Notes under the pieces: model-generated
Database searches by the model: none
Seen by the model: only the letters and a program-made list of their open reading frames with translations
What the model was told of the DNA's origin: nothing
Shown: positions 26,235 through 38,700 of the stretch, one piece after another
How the letters are laid out: each line of letters starts with the position of its first letter
How positions within the stretch are numbered: position 1 is the stretch's first letter
Source: Lingula anatina
Lineage: Eukaryota > Animalia > Brachiopoda
Direction of reading: 5' to 3'
Assembly (NCBI GenBank): GCA_051362555.1
Contig: CM120640.1
Coordinates: forward strand, 66,876,788 to 66,940,787
Length of the DNA stretch: 64,000 nucleotides
Position numbers and translations under genes: made by a program

Positions 26235-26785
26235 TCACAAATCTTCTAAATCTGCATATTTGATATGTGCATCATTTGAGGGCTTACTATCTACATCATT
26301 AAAACTGTTGCCATGGTAACCCTCATGTTGGACATCAGTCTGCTCCTTTTGGTTTGATTTATAGTTTGAGTCAACAGATGATGTTCTGGAAACCTGGGAC
26401 TCATTGTCTACACCGGACTCTATAGTACAGTGCCCGTCAGGGAGATCAAGGTCATTTTCTAGGTCAAGGTCATGAGTTAATACTGTGTCAATGATCCCAC
26501 CATTCTCACCAGAGGAGTCCTGCTCACTGGTGCCACGTGTTGTCTGCTTTGCTCTGTAGTCTGTGGCAGGTTTGGCAGGGGTCTCCTTGGGTGTGTAGAA
26601 CACTTCATCATCATCTGTTCCACTGTGATGTCTCGGCCCACTGCTATCCACAGGAAGTGGGTCTTTCAATAGATTTTCTGTCTCCTCTTTATTGATTGCA
26701 TCTCTTTTTAGAATTGATTTCTTCTTTGGCGTATCAAGGTTACTGCCAGTGTTGCATTCAGGCCCAGAACTTGTGCGTTTACGAC
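26235..26785 (-). CDS. KCNB: KCNB last coding exon (acidic, low complexity)
   Basis: Phase-1 acceptor TTACAG at 26786-26791; ~183 open codons ending YADLEDL*. Confidence 0.75.
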
Positions 26786-29700
26786 CTGTAATATAAGTCA
26801 ATTTATAATTTTTGTGAACATCATTTCAAAGTTTGGTGTGTGTGTATGTGTGTGTGTTTCTGAATATAATCATGAAATGCATCACCAAGGGACACCAATA
26901 ATTCAAAAAATGTTTGCTTGAGATTTGCTCCATAAACTGCAAAGTCATTTTCAAATTACACTGGCTTTCTGTGGTTGCAGAACCTTCTTAATTGTAGAGG
27001 GCAGCACAGTATTCACAACAGACCAAAAAAGTATTGATTTTCTAACTGCAACAGGAATTTTGTTACCATGGCAACTGAATCAGTACATAACAATGAAACC
27101 ACAATTGCTAAGTGCACTTCATTCATTTTCTGACTCAAGGTGAATTTCCTGGAGTCATAAGGGAGCAAAGCTTGACAGTTTACATATGGAGTGATATGAA
27201 ACTGTGAACATTATGACGCTTTGTTACTTCAGTCTCTCTGTTCATTCATCCGCTATGATAGGCTTTATCCACCATGATATGTTCATAGTGCTACATTTAC
27301 ATAAAGAGTGGTCATATTATAGTCATTACACCATCTGGATATTGGTAATTGCCTGAGTATATAGATCTATTGGTGAATACTTCATTAACTATTCTCATAT
27401 TTCTGTTGGCAAGTACTAGCACTGGGGTATTTCTGATAAGACTATCGGCATATGGTTAGAAAGCCAATCGTGCAACATCGTGAAGATATATCAAGGCTGG
27501 CAGTTGATTAAGAAATCAGTTGTATAAGATGGAAAAATGGCAAAATTGTAATTCGGGCCTTTGTTTATTACTAAGGTTTAACATCAGTTGGTTTTTTCAG
27601 TACAGAACAATATGCGAATATTAAAAATGACAACATATATAAGTACATGTATATGCATAGTATTTTTGAAAGTGTTATCATTCTTCTCCAGAATAAGATC
27701 TTTACATGTTCATTTACTCTTATACTAGTAAGCATGTGCAAGGAGTGAGTGTCACTGTTTGTGCATCATGAAAGAGGCAATATACCACATGCAGGAAAAA
27801 TTTGTGTCTATCCAATCATCGTTAATGTTAAGATTACAAAGGTCTTGTGACATCTTTTTGATTGGTAAAAGAGAATAACCGAAAGGATTATGAGGTTAAA
27901 CTGGAAAAAAACTGGAGAGATCAGGAATAAAGAAGATAGATAAACATTTACCAGCCATATAACTTTGATATGTTTATATTTATATTGCCTCCATCATGTG
28001 GAACAGAGAATGAATTAATGAAATAATTCAACAAACACAATTACATAGGATGATTGGTATTTGGTTAAGTCCGCTTTTATTTATGCCAAACCCATGTGAG
28101 AATTATTATAAAATTTACTTTAACAGTAATTGACCATGAAATACAAATGTAAATCTGCAAATTATTGAAAACAGTACTAAAAATGGTGTGCCCAAATATT
28201 ATAGCAATTGGTTATGTATAAAGGAATTTCTGGGGGTTGCAGAAAATTAAAGCCTATTTATGCGTATTGTTTGCCATTGTAAAATTTGGTTTTGGAGCAT
28301 TTAAAAAAAATTTTAAGCTGACACTTATTTGTGCTCTAAAAGAAAGATTATATCATACTAGCCCTAAAAAATTATTGTAATAATACAATGCAACTTTGCA
28401 CAAGGTCTTTTCTTCTTAAAAAGAACTGGAAATAAATTAAATGTTTCATTTATCTGCCTGTCTGATATTAATTGTGAGCTTTATATGCTATCATCTATTT
28501 AAATTTGCAGTAGTAGGTACTTCTGAAAAAAGGGCTACATTTACTGTGCAACCTGTTCTCAGAATCAGTTCACATCCTCTGGAAAACAGAGAACCATAAC
28601 TAAAATCCTGCATGTTTTACTCTTATCCCTACATAGAGCTACTCTGCTATTTTAACAGCAATATTTGCTGTCATTAACTGCCACAATGTAGTCTTCTAAT
28701 AAACAGCAAGAGGATTTCAAATGTTCATTATTGTTAAAGAACTGTACACATCCATCTGCAGCATTATTGATCCAAAAACCAAGACCCCCAAATGTCATTC
28801 CAATAATCTTGTTGGTATATTTTAACAGTTGTGAAGCAGAGTTTCAAAAACAAGGTTTACCTCAATTTCAGTTATGTTATATATATAACATCAAAGTTTT
28901 TGTAAAAACAATGAATAATAGTTTATAATTGGTTTTGCACAGGTGGAAAGGAGGGAGGAGAAACGTAACCCAAAGCTGTGCCAATATGTTACATGTATGC
29001 ATAGTTTTGCTCAGGTACAGATTGATTGCCTATGTAATATTTTCTTACCTGACTTTGGGCTTGGTATAAGCTGATATGGCTTCCGGCCAGAGGGAGGGCT
29101 TTCTCCGCTACTGGAATACCTTCCAAATGGCGTCTTACGAAGACGGAATTTAGATTTGCCTGGAGAGTGCACAGAGTCAATGGAAGAATGTTTGGCAATG
29201 TCTGGTTCCTCAAAGTGGGCCCTGGGCTTGGAAGTTATAGCACCTTTGCTCTTGAGCTTTGGAGATGGGGGTGCATTCTCTGTGTTAGCTCGATGCCAAG
29301 TTGCTGTCAGTCCATCATCTAGTTTTTGCACTATCTGATCTGATGGTTCTGCAGAAGTAAGGCATCCTAAATGTCCATAGACTTCTTTTCCTCCAAGATG
29401 TTCATCCTGTTCAAAAGGATTTATATACAGTTGCTGCTTACTTTGGTGTTCATACACATTATCACCACCATGTACTGGCGACTTGTAAATTTTGTGAATG
29501 GCATTGTCAGTTATGGTAGGATAAAGAAGGGGCGGGTAGTGATTATCAATACTTTTAACTTCTTTTATATTTTCATCCTCAGGCTAAAATAAAAGACAAA
29601 ATCATAAAATCAGTTTCAAAATAAATGAAAATAGTACAATGTTAAAAAACACAATATTTAATCTTTTTTTGAAATCCTTGAAACTCTTTAATCTGATGAT

Positions 29701-32700
29701 AACCAAAAATAAATTATGGGTGAAGATTACAGAATGATAAAAATTACACATACTGTGCCATTGCATTGAGAATTAATATACAATATGACAAATAATTACA
29801 TGTAATAGAATCAGTAGAAAACTAAGTTTAATCACAATACTTCACTCCATGCTTTATATTAACAATAATGAAATTAACGATAAACTAAAGGATGCCACTC
29901 GACCATTAAAGACATAATTTAAAGGAAGCTTGCAAATGTCTATAACCAGAAAAGTAAAATAATTAATATATTTGAAAGAAAAATGTGGAGCAGCTAAAAT
30001 TGAGATTAACAATTCTTTTCAAACAGTATGACATATCAAACTGTACAGAATGACCTCATTCCCATAGACTCCATTTGTCTTCATGGATCGACCCAACTCT
30101 GTGGGGATTCTTGCTTAGTGCAATGAGCCTTACTAATTGACAAGCCCCATGTTTCGAACATACTCTAATAATCACCAGCTTTTTTTAATTCTACTTAATG
30201 CCAGGAGGAGGGATGTTAAGCTGATTGCACTCAGTGAAAGCAGGGAATTATATTGTAGTCCATGATATAATTCCCTGGTGAAAGTCACTGCAGAGTTTGG
30301 TCAATCTACATAGGAAAGGAGTCACTGATTCATATATGATATAAAACACTTAATGATCGACATTTCTGAAATGTTTTTTTTTTTTTACAACTGCTTTGCC
30401 AGGAATGGTACAAGGTACATGTCAGGGCAGTGGAAATATCTTTATATTCCCACTGCCCCTACTTAACAGCTTGGATGTACATGTATACCTCAACCCCAAA
30501 TCCCTGGCAACTGTTAAATAAGCTATCTATGATGGTTTGATATTTGATGAATATGCCCCAAAGCATACAGAGACAAGAACTTAAATCCATCTTCCCTTGT
30601 CTTCTCAGTTCATAAAAAAGGCCATATCCAAGTCTCTGTTATAGGGGGCTCCAGACACAGGTGCACTGTGCCTTAATTAAAACATATACCATTGATATCA
30701 TTACTTGATCATAATATATATGTAATTAGATTGTCATAGACACAGTAATTCCAGTGCAGTTAATCGACAAAATCTGATATGCCTAAACCAATTTTGTATG
30801 TATTATTCTTTGTCTTATTAAGTTATCTGGGTTAGTTATCTTATTTCAATTATTCTCTGTGGCAGTTAGGACTATATTGGCTTGCAATGAAGGTTTTTCT
30901 TTCCTCTGCAACCAGTTTCACTGTTGACAAAATGATATAATATTTTGTTAAATGAGATTTAAAAAATCATGAAGTTCTTTCCATCAAATGATTTGTACAT
31001 CAAACATTATTATTTGTATACTTGAAACTGAATAGGAATATAAATAAATGCCAAAAATTAGTTTATACATAAATTAAACGATAGTTGTCCCAAAACTTCT
31101 ATTTGGTGTGTTTTTAAGGTATGTCTTTTTACTTATTTATTTATTTATTTATTTATTACCACACAAAAGGTACTCAAGCATTTCCAGATGAAGCTGATTT
31201 AGAAGAACATGAACTGTGAAGGGCATGCAGCTGTTAGGAGCTATGTTTCCATCAGCATTATCAGAGTTAGTCTCACAAAATGTTGGCAAGGATCTATCTA
31301 CTGGACAACCAAAATACTCACAACTTCATTGAAAATGTGATATCATACCCGTGGACTTAAAAAGATTAGAAGAAATTCAAAGAAGTTAGTATAAACAAGG
31401 TTGTGGAAGCAACATGAGATGTGAAAAAAGTGAAACATAACTAACAGATAAAAACAAAAAATCAGTACTAGCATCTATTTCCTAATTCTTCAAAGATTTC
31501 GTCAATGGTAACAAATAAGAGTTTCTTCTATTTCTATTTGTAAGGCTTGCACCCTGGGCATAAGGAATATTAAGACATGGAGTGAATGCTGTTTTGGTTA
31601 GTTGCTCATCCTTGTAATTAATGGGATGCAAAATGCTGGTTCATATGGGGCAATCCTAGCCAAGCACCTGCTCTGCTCTACTTACTGATCTAGCTCTGCC
31701 CTCTCTAGACTTTTGACTTAGGAATCTGGGTTCAAGAAAAAAGTAATATAAAATATGTACAAAGGTATTTGTTATCCAGAAAACAGTGGTTTTTTAATCT
31801 AATGTGGATTTTATTTTAATAAATCTGCCAAAATAGGTTAGACATTTTCCTTGGAAGAGCTTGCAAAATTGATAATCTTCACTTGTTTCTGTTTTTGGAA
31901 ACTATTTGTTCTGTCTTTGACATTGGTATTGATTCTGTTGTGGATTTGGGTCCCATGTGAAACACTAATGATACAGTCAAATAGACACTGCTGTAATGAC
32001 ACAATGAAATAAACATTGCGGTATTGTTTCACATTAGGGAGAAACATACTTTTATGTAATTCTGTATGGGAGTGGCAAAGAGATATATTTCTAACCTGCT
32101 TGTGGCACTAGAAAGAATCATTTCTGGACTGGTTCAATATCCATATAAGTGTGAACATTGCCCTCAGACACATCAATACATAGCCTAATGGGTAATATAT
32201 TCCACCCATTTCATTCTCAGTGGAGCACTACAGGCAAATTGTTCCTTCTTTTTTAAGACTGAATACAGTTGTCCATGTCATTTAATTAATTTCATGGTAT
32301 TTTTTTAATTAATTCTTTTTATTTTTGGGTAGAAGAGTGGCATAGTTACTCTTGGTAAAAAAAAACAATTAGACAACAATGCTGGCACATAAATGAGTGT
32401 TAAGGGAACCAAAGACAAACAGTTCTATAGACTATAAATTCATCTTCATAGAGATTATATAAAATTAAACATCAACACAAAGATCATATAAAAAACACTG
32501 AGTATATTAATTCAAATGGATTTATTTCAAAGGGAATTCATATTTTTAATCATCAATCTAAACCAGATGCCTTAAGTTTGTGAATTTGACCTGTATTTTA
32601 TCCATACAGAATCTCCTTTGTTTAACAAAAATTGGTATTTAAGGGGTCAAAATTGCAAAAAAAAAAGTTAAAAATGCCACTTGATTGTTCAAAAATTTAC

Positions 32701-35700
32701 TAGTCCAATATTATTTTGTTTGAACAGAGGTCTATTTTCAAGTATTCAATAATAGAGGTCTATTTTCAAGTATTCAATGGCAGTTGCTGTCCTCAAAGAG
32801 GTACATTTTCACTAGAGATTGGTTAAACAGAATTTCAAAGTAGATTTTCGACCAAAAAACTTTAATGGCAATGAACTTTAAGAACACTTGTTCTTAGAAA
32901 GTTAATCTTCTTTTGCCCTTTTAAGGTCACTGAACCTTCAACCCATAAAGTTACAAAATTAAACTAAAGAACATAATTGACAGTAATGACTGAAGAAAAT
33001 AGTCTGTTGACTTTTGTAAAATTCTATTATCAAGTCAAATGAACATGGTAATCAGAACAAATACAGGCATTTTGTGTCTTAGTGCCTGTAAATAAAAACA
33101 AAATATTTAGGGGGGGGGGGGAGACATGCCCCCTCACCATCACCACCCCACCATCTGCCAAGGCAGAGCCAGAAAATCACAAATGTTTTTCATACTGTTA
33201 TTCCTGTGTATGCCTAAAAGAATAATGATAGCATGCTTGGCCTAATTTTATCCCGTTTAGTATTGTTCATATATAATAGAAAAAAAAACAGTATGAAAAT
33301 GTATGAGAAGTGTTATTTCTCTCTCTCTCCCCCCCCCCTTTTTTTAATGACCATACCCCTTCTTGGATGAGATGTGAAATGATGTCTGCTTTGATTAAAA
33401 AAACACACTGTTCAGAATTTGATGGAAAACTACAAATTTCTGGAGGGGATTATTTTTAGTATATAATAACATTAGGCTCACCTTGAGTGTTTCGCCCCCT
33501 AACACAGGCTGCGTTGTGGTTTTTCTCTCCAGTGGAAAATCTCCATGTTCATTAGGCGGTACTGTCGTGTCTGATACCTCAGGGAAGTCCTTCCCTTGTT
33601 TAGCAGAGGTGTTGGTATTGACTTTTGCCTGGCTGCCATAATGCATAGATGTATTGGGATTCGTGTGGTCACTGACAATACTGTTATTAGCAGTACTTCG
33701 TGAATCATATTGACTTCTGTCTGTTACAACATCTATAAGTTCCACACTCCTTGCAAATGCATCCCTAAGGTTTACCGAATGAAAAGAAACAATACTTCCA
33801 GTTCTCTTTGCCCTCTCTAGGGCAGCTCTCCGTTTCAAAGCTTTCTCCCTGCGCATTTGGTCTTTATAAAATTCTGCAAAATTGTTAACAATGATAGGAA
33901 TCGGAAGAGCAATGACTAGAACACCACAGATACAACAAACTGCACCAATGAGTTTACCCCAAAGTGTCGCCGGAACCACGTCTCCGTAACCGACTGTTGT
34001 CATGGTAATTGCAGCCCACCAGAATGTATCTGGGATGCTGCTGAATTTATCTTTTTGTATTCCTTTTTCTGCAAAGTAAGCCAGACTTGAGAAGACTAAG
34101 ACGAAAATAGCAAGAAACATCATTAGTAAACCTAACTCCTTGTAACTTCTCTGGAGCGTGTAACCTAGAGATTGAAGTCCTGTTGAATGTCTTGCAAGTT
34201 TTAGAATCCTCAATACTCGCATGATACGGAATATTTGCACAACTCGTCGTACATTGTGAAACTGTTCCGTGCTTTTGTTTGATTCCACTAGACATAGAGA
34301 TATATAGTACGGCAAGATCGCCAGCAGGTCTATAATGTTTAGAGAACCCTTGAAGAATTTCCATTTGTTCGGAGATGCCCAGAACCGTAGTAGATACTCC
34401 AATGTAAACCAGGATATACAGACTGCTTCCACCAAGTTTAGGTGCGGGTTGTCATCCCCGTCAACTTGTATTGAGGGAATGGTATTCAACGTCAGTGCAA
34501 TGGTGGAAAGAATAATGAACAGGATAGAGATCACAGCTAGTACCTGGAATAAAAATGAAAATTTATAAAATTATGTCTTTATTAACATGAATAATTTGCA
34601 CGATGTAATAACACTTCTTTGATTATGGTGTTGTTTTGAGTATTTTGTTCTTGTTGCTTTTGTGCGCAAGCACGTTATAAAAATAGTGTTGTACATATGT
34701 CATTCTACACAACCAAATTTTGGGACGAAAAGTCTAACTTTACTGTTGTTTTATAGTGCATCAGTGTTGTTATCCTGAGAAAGGTTGGTGTTCGTTTACC
34801 ACTGAAGTTAAAAAATAGTAGCATTTACAGAACAGTTTAAGCAGGTGCTCGGTTAACCTTATGTTTACAGTGGGTGAACAACAACACTTAACGCAAATGT
34901 TAGCCTTCAAACTGACGCACAACTGCAAGATTTTAAAAGCAAAAAACAAAGATCAATTAGATTTGAAGGAAAACGACAAATAGGTTTTATCTGTGATGCC
35001 ATATCGGCATCATCTGACGTCTTAAGACAATCTCATCTATTTCGTTCCAATACCACGTCCTTGGTCTCAGAATATAAGTGATACATTGACAATAAGATTA
35101 GCCTCTCAGATATTGAGGCATACTATATATTTAAACCGAAGTTGATTTAATTATTTGCTTCTGTGCACTTTGTAATCGAAAACTCCATCTCTTCAATTAT
35201 TTTCAATTCAAATAACCGAGTGATGAGGAAACATTGATATTGAAACAGTTCAGATAAATTATATACTTTCTTACTTTCTAAAAACATTTTCTAACAGCCA
35301 TTTGTTTCGTTCAGACTGTATAGTTTGTTTTATATCCGCACATACTGTTTATTAATCGCAATAAAGCCCAGTCTAATAATTTTTAGATATATCATGGATT
35401 CTTGCGTGGTAAATGGTTAAAAAGAATAATATATTCACTTTGCTATCAAATTTTACATTTATGGTTGAGGTATATCATAATGAAACAAAGGCACGTTTGA
35501 CCCCAATATTCGAATCTATTGACTGTGAATGACTTCTTGAGATATATTGGAAACCAGAGCCTAACCCAAGGGACAGGTTGTCCAATAAAGCGAATATACC
35601 ATTTGATATTTTTCCTTCTTTAAAATAAGGACACTACAATCTCTGTTGCTCTATTTCAAAAGTCTTTGTCCTGTTTAATTCTCAAAAGGCATCCCACAAC

Positions 35701-38700
35701 AGTTCAAATAAATATCTAATATAGTGTAATGGTTTTTGAAACGTTTGTTCAAATTCTTTGACCAAAGTCTAAATTTAGACGCTGGGAGAGCTTGATTACA
35801 TTTGTGATCAATGAGAAAAAAAAGGATTCTCGATACACGCTTCGGCTGCTTTTAGGTAAACTCCGGGATTTTCGCGCCAAATTTAACTACATTTTCCGCT
35901 AGAACCATTGCTGTGGCTTCCTCGAACTTGGAATCGTCATTTTTTACCATTTCTCGTGGAATAATTAAGTTCTGAATGTCTTGTCAAGCACTGAGACCAT
36001 CATAGTAACAGTGTTCTTGCTATTTCAGAAGGAAGTATTGAAATAAATTACTATTATTTGTGGGATTCTATCATATGTTTAAGGTCCGAATTGAAAAAAA
36101 AAAAAAACAAGTAGATTTGAAGGGTATTTACACATAAAAAACCTTTCAGTGACATTTTTTTGTGCTGCGTTTCACGCAAACCCATAGGTTCGCCGCTGGA
36201 ACCAGCTGGATTTACCTGTACACAGTAGGAACCGGCGCAGGTAACGTCGGCACGGCCAGAGGGCCTAGATTTAATCAGATACTGGGTGAACTTGTTATTA
36301 CAACGCGTCTGCCAATGCAGCAGTTTGTTTGGGCAAGTCATTGCAGTCACGTAAGCGAAGGAGGCGGAGGTGGTATCTAAATGTGAAGTCAAATATTTAT
36401 AAACTCCCAAGAGGTGGTTAAAACCGAGAATACCTCAATCTATGTAGGTTATTTCTTCACCTGATCCTTCACATTCTCTTGGCAGCTCTCGATGTATAAA
36501 TTATACCAAGGTCCGGCTGCTGCAGCTGCAGCCCCGGTATTTTCAGCTTGGGAGCGATAATAGCATGAAGAAACCGTTATATATTACTGTTCATTTTCTC
36601 CACTTTAGCCAATACAAGAAGAATAGTTGCAGAGTTTGAGGTAAAATTGATTTTCCAGCTGGGCTCTGCTGTAGTAAAAATTGCTTCGCTAGATTCATGA
36701 CGCATCACTAAACCGTCACATTGCTATAAATCTCCCTCGGTGCTTGAACATCTCATACTGGCTAGACTTAGTTCTAAAACAGGCTGCCTTTCACAAATAT
36801 AAATATATCGAGACGTTTTTTTTTTTTTACAAAAACTTTTAACAAAGGGAATATTTCTTTGATCCCGCTGGTTTGGTTGGCGGCCAATTTCAACAAAAAT
36901 ATTACATTCGCCAAGAGATATTAACATTTTCAATGCTGCGGTTGGTAAAACATGCCGTCGACATACTCTGGTCTCTCTAGGTTGGGTGGCGGCCAATTCC
37001 AACACAAAATATTACCTTCCCTAAGAAATAAAAAAAATTTCAATGCTGCGGTTGGTAAAACATGCCGTCGACATACCCTTTGGCTCAGTGGGTGGCCGAG
37101 GAAGTACGTGACCGTGCGGGGTTGGACTGGCCTCTGATAGAAACGATGCAATCAAATTCTAGTTTTTCCGCTGGCGACATATTTGCTGGATAACTTGATT
37201 TTCCAATTTACCTCAGACTTCTTTACAGTGTTATTTTCCTACAGATGTTAATCTACATCACTAAAAAATTTATCAATCTTAGAAAGCATCGTATATAAAA
37301 AATTACTAGTTCAAGCATCACAACATCCTCGCAGCTCAGATTGCTCAAAGCGAGTTTTTCGTCAATAAATAATTTTTCCTGGAAACGGCCTACATGTCAG
37401 ACTTGTTCGAAAGTTATCACAAAGACTTAAGAACGATGCAGAAAAAAAACCCTAAAGGGTAGAATGAGCACGTTCATAAAGTTTACGTTCTGTTGCTTGC
37501 GTGTACAGGCACTTAGGTCCTCCCATGAAAAAAAAAAAAAAAAACGCGTCAGAATTGGGCGCTCCGAACGCCCGGGAAATAATTAAAAGCGAATTTTTTG
37601 TAAAACGGTCGCCTTTAATGCAAAGCAGAAAGACAATCTGTAGTTAATTTGTATAAGACATGATAGAACATAACACCGTTGGGTGATACAAATCTAAGTT
37701 GCTTCGAGGGGATCAAAATAAAAGTGCACCGTCTAACTATCCCACAAATATTATGGTAATAACAATATGAATATTGTGACCTTAATTTGCCGCACGCAAA
37801 ATAAATAACAAAGCTGTCCCTAAAATACGCATCTTATTTTTCTTTGATTAACGGTCTCTTTTGGAAAAATAATAATGATTACCAAATAACAAAAGGAATA
37901 ACTGCCAGATTGACAAAGCTCACGAGGAAGATGTAGGTGCATCGCATTTAGTTTACGGGGAAATTGTGCACTTGTAAACGGTAACTGCGATTACTACTGA
38001 AGAATATATGGCCTCATAAAAAACCATTTGTGGCAGCAGTTTACCGACACAAGATTCCGTTTTCGTCAATAAATGACTTCGAAAGTTCATACCTGCCCCA
38101 AGCCGTCACATGTTGTAGTCTTCAGGCAGTACAATGACAACGAGAAGTTGGCCTAAATAGAAAACCTAAGACATAAGAAATCCACGTTCAGTAGAGGCGT
38201 TCAAAAAGTAATGAAGATTGCTTAAAATACAAGACATTTTGCAAACAGCACAGGGACGGAAAGGATACGTTTAACACGCCCCGACCAACTTACAGTCGAT
38301 AAATACATCAAGATCATTAAAATACATACAGTATATAACATCGGGCATTGGAGGAAAATAATGAACTAATTACAGACCACCACTTCCAATTTCTGTTAAT
38401 CTAATGATGAAATACTGACGTTCATTAGTAAGAATTAGACAATGTCGTGGATATTCGTATCATCTGGAGCAAAATATACGTCTATTAGTCATATATAAGG
38501 TTGACTAAAAGAAGAAAGATTTCAGAATACATGCGTTCATTTACCTAAACTATTTGCAACCAATAGAATGCACTCCTCATGATTCTGGCATGTACATATT
38601 CATATAATACCAACAAGCAGTTTCAAAGCGATGAAAATAAGCCTCTTCTATAAAAATACAAGCCTGTAGGATGCATATAAGGTTTTTAATGTCAGATCAC

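Noticed and set aside
31174-31325. ~49-codon minus-strand open frame as another KCNB exon
   Set aside because: The available acceptors are phase 1 or 2 and do not match the phase-0 donor at 33481.
37079-37135. tRNA/SINE-like A box TGGCTCAGTGG
   Set aside because: No proper B box or cloverleaf.
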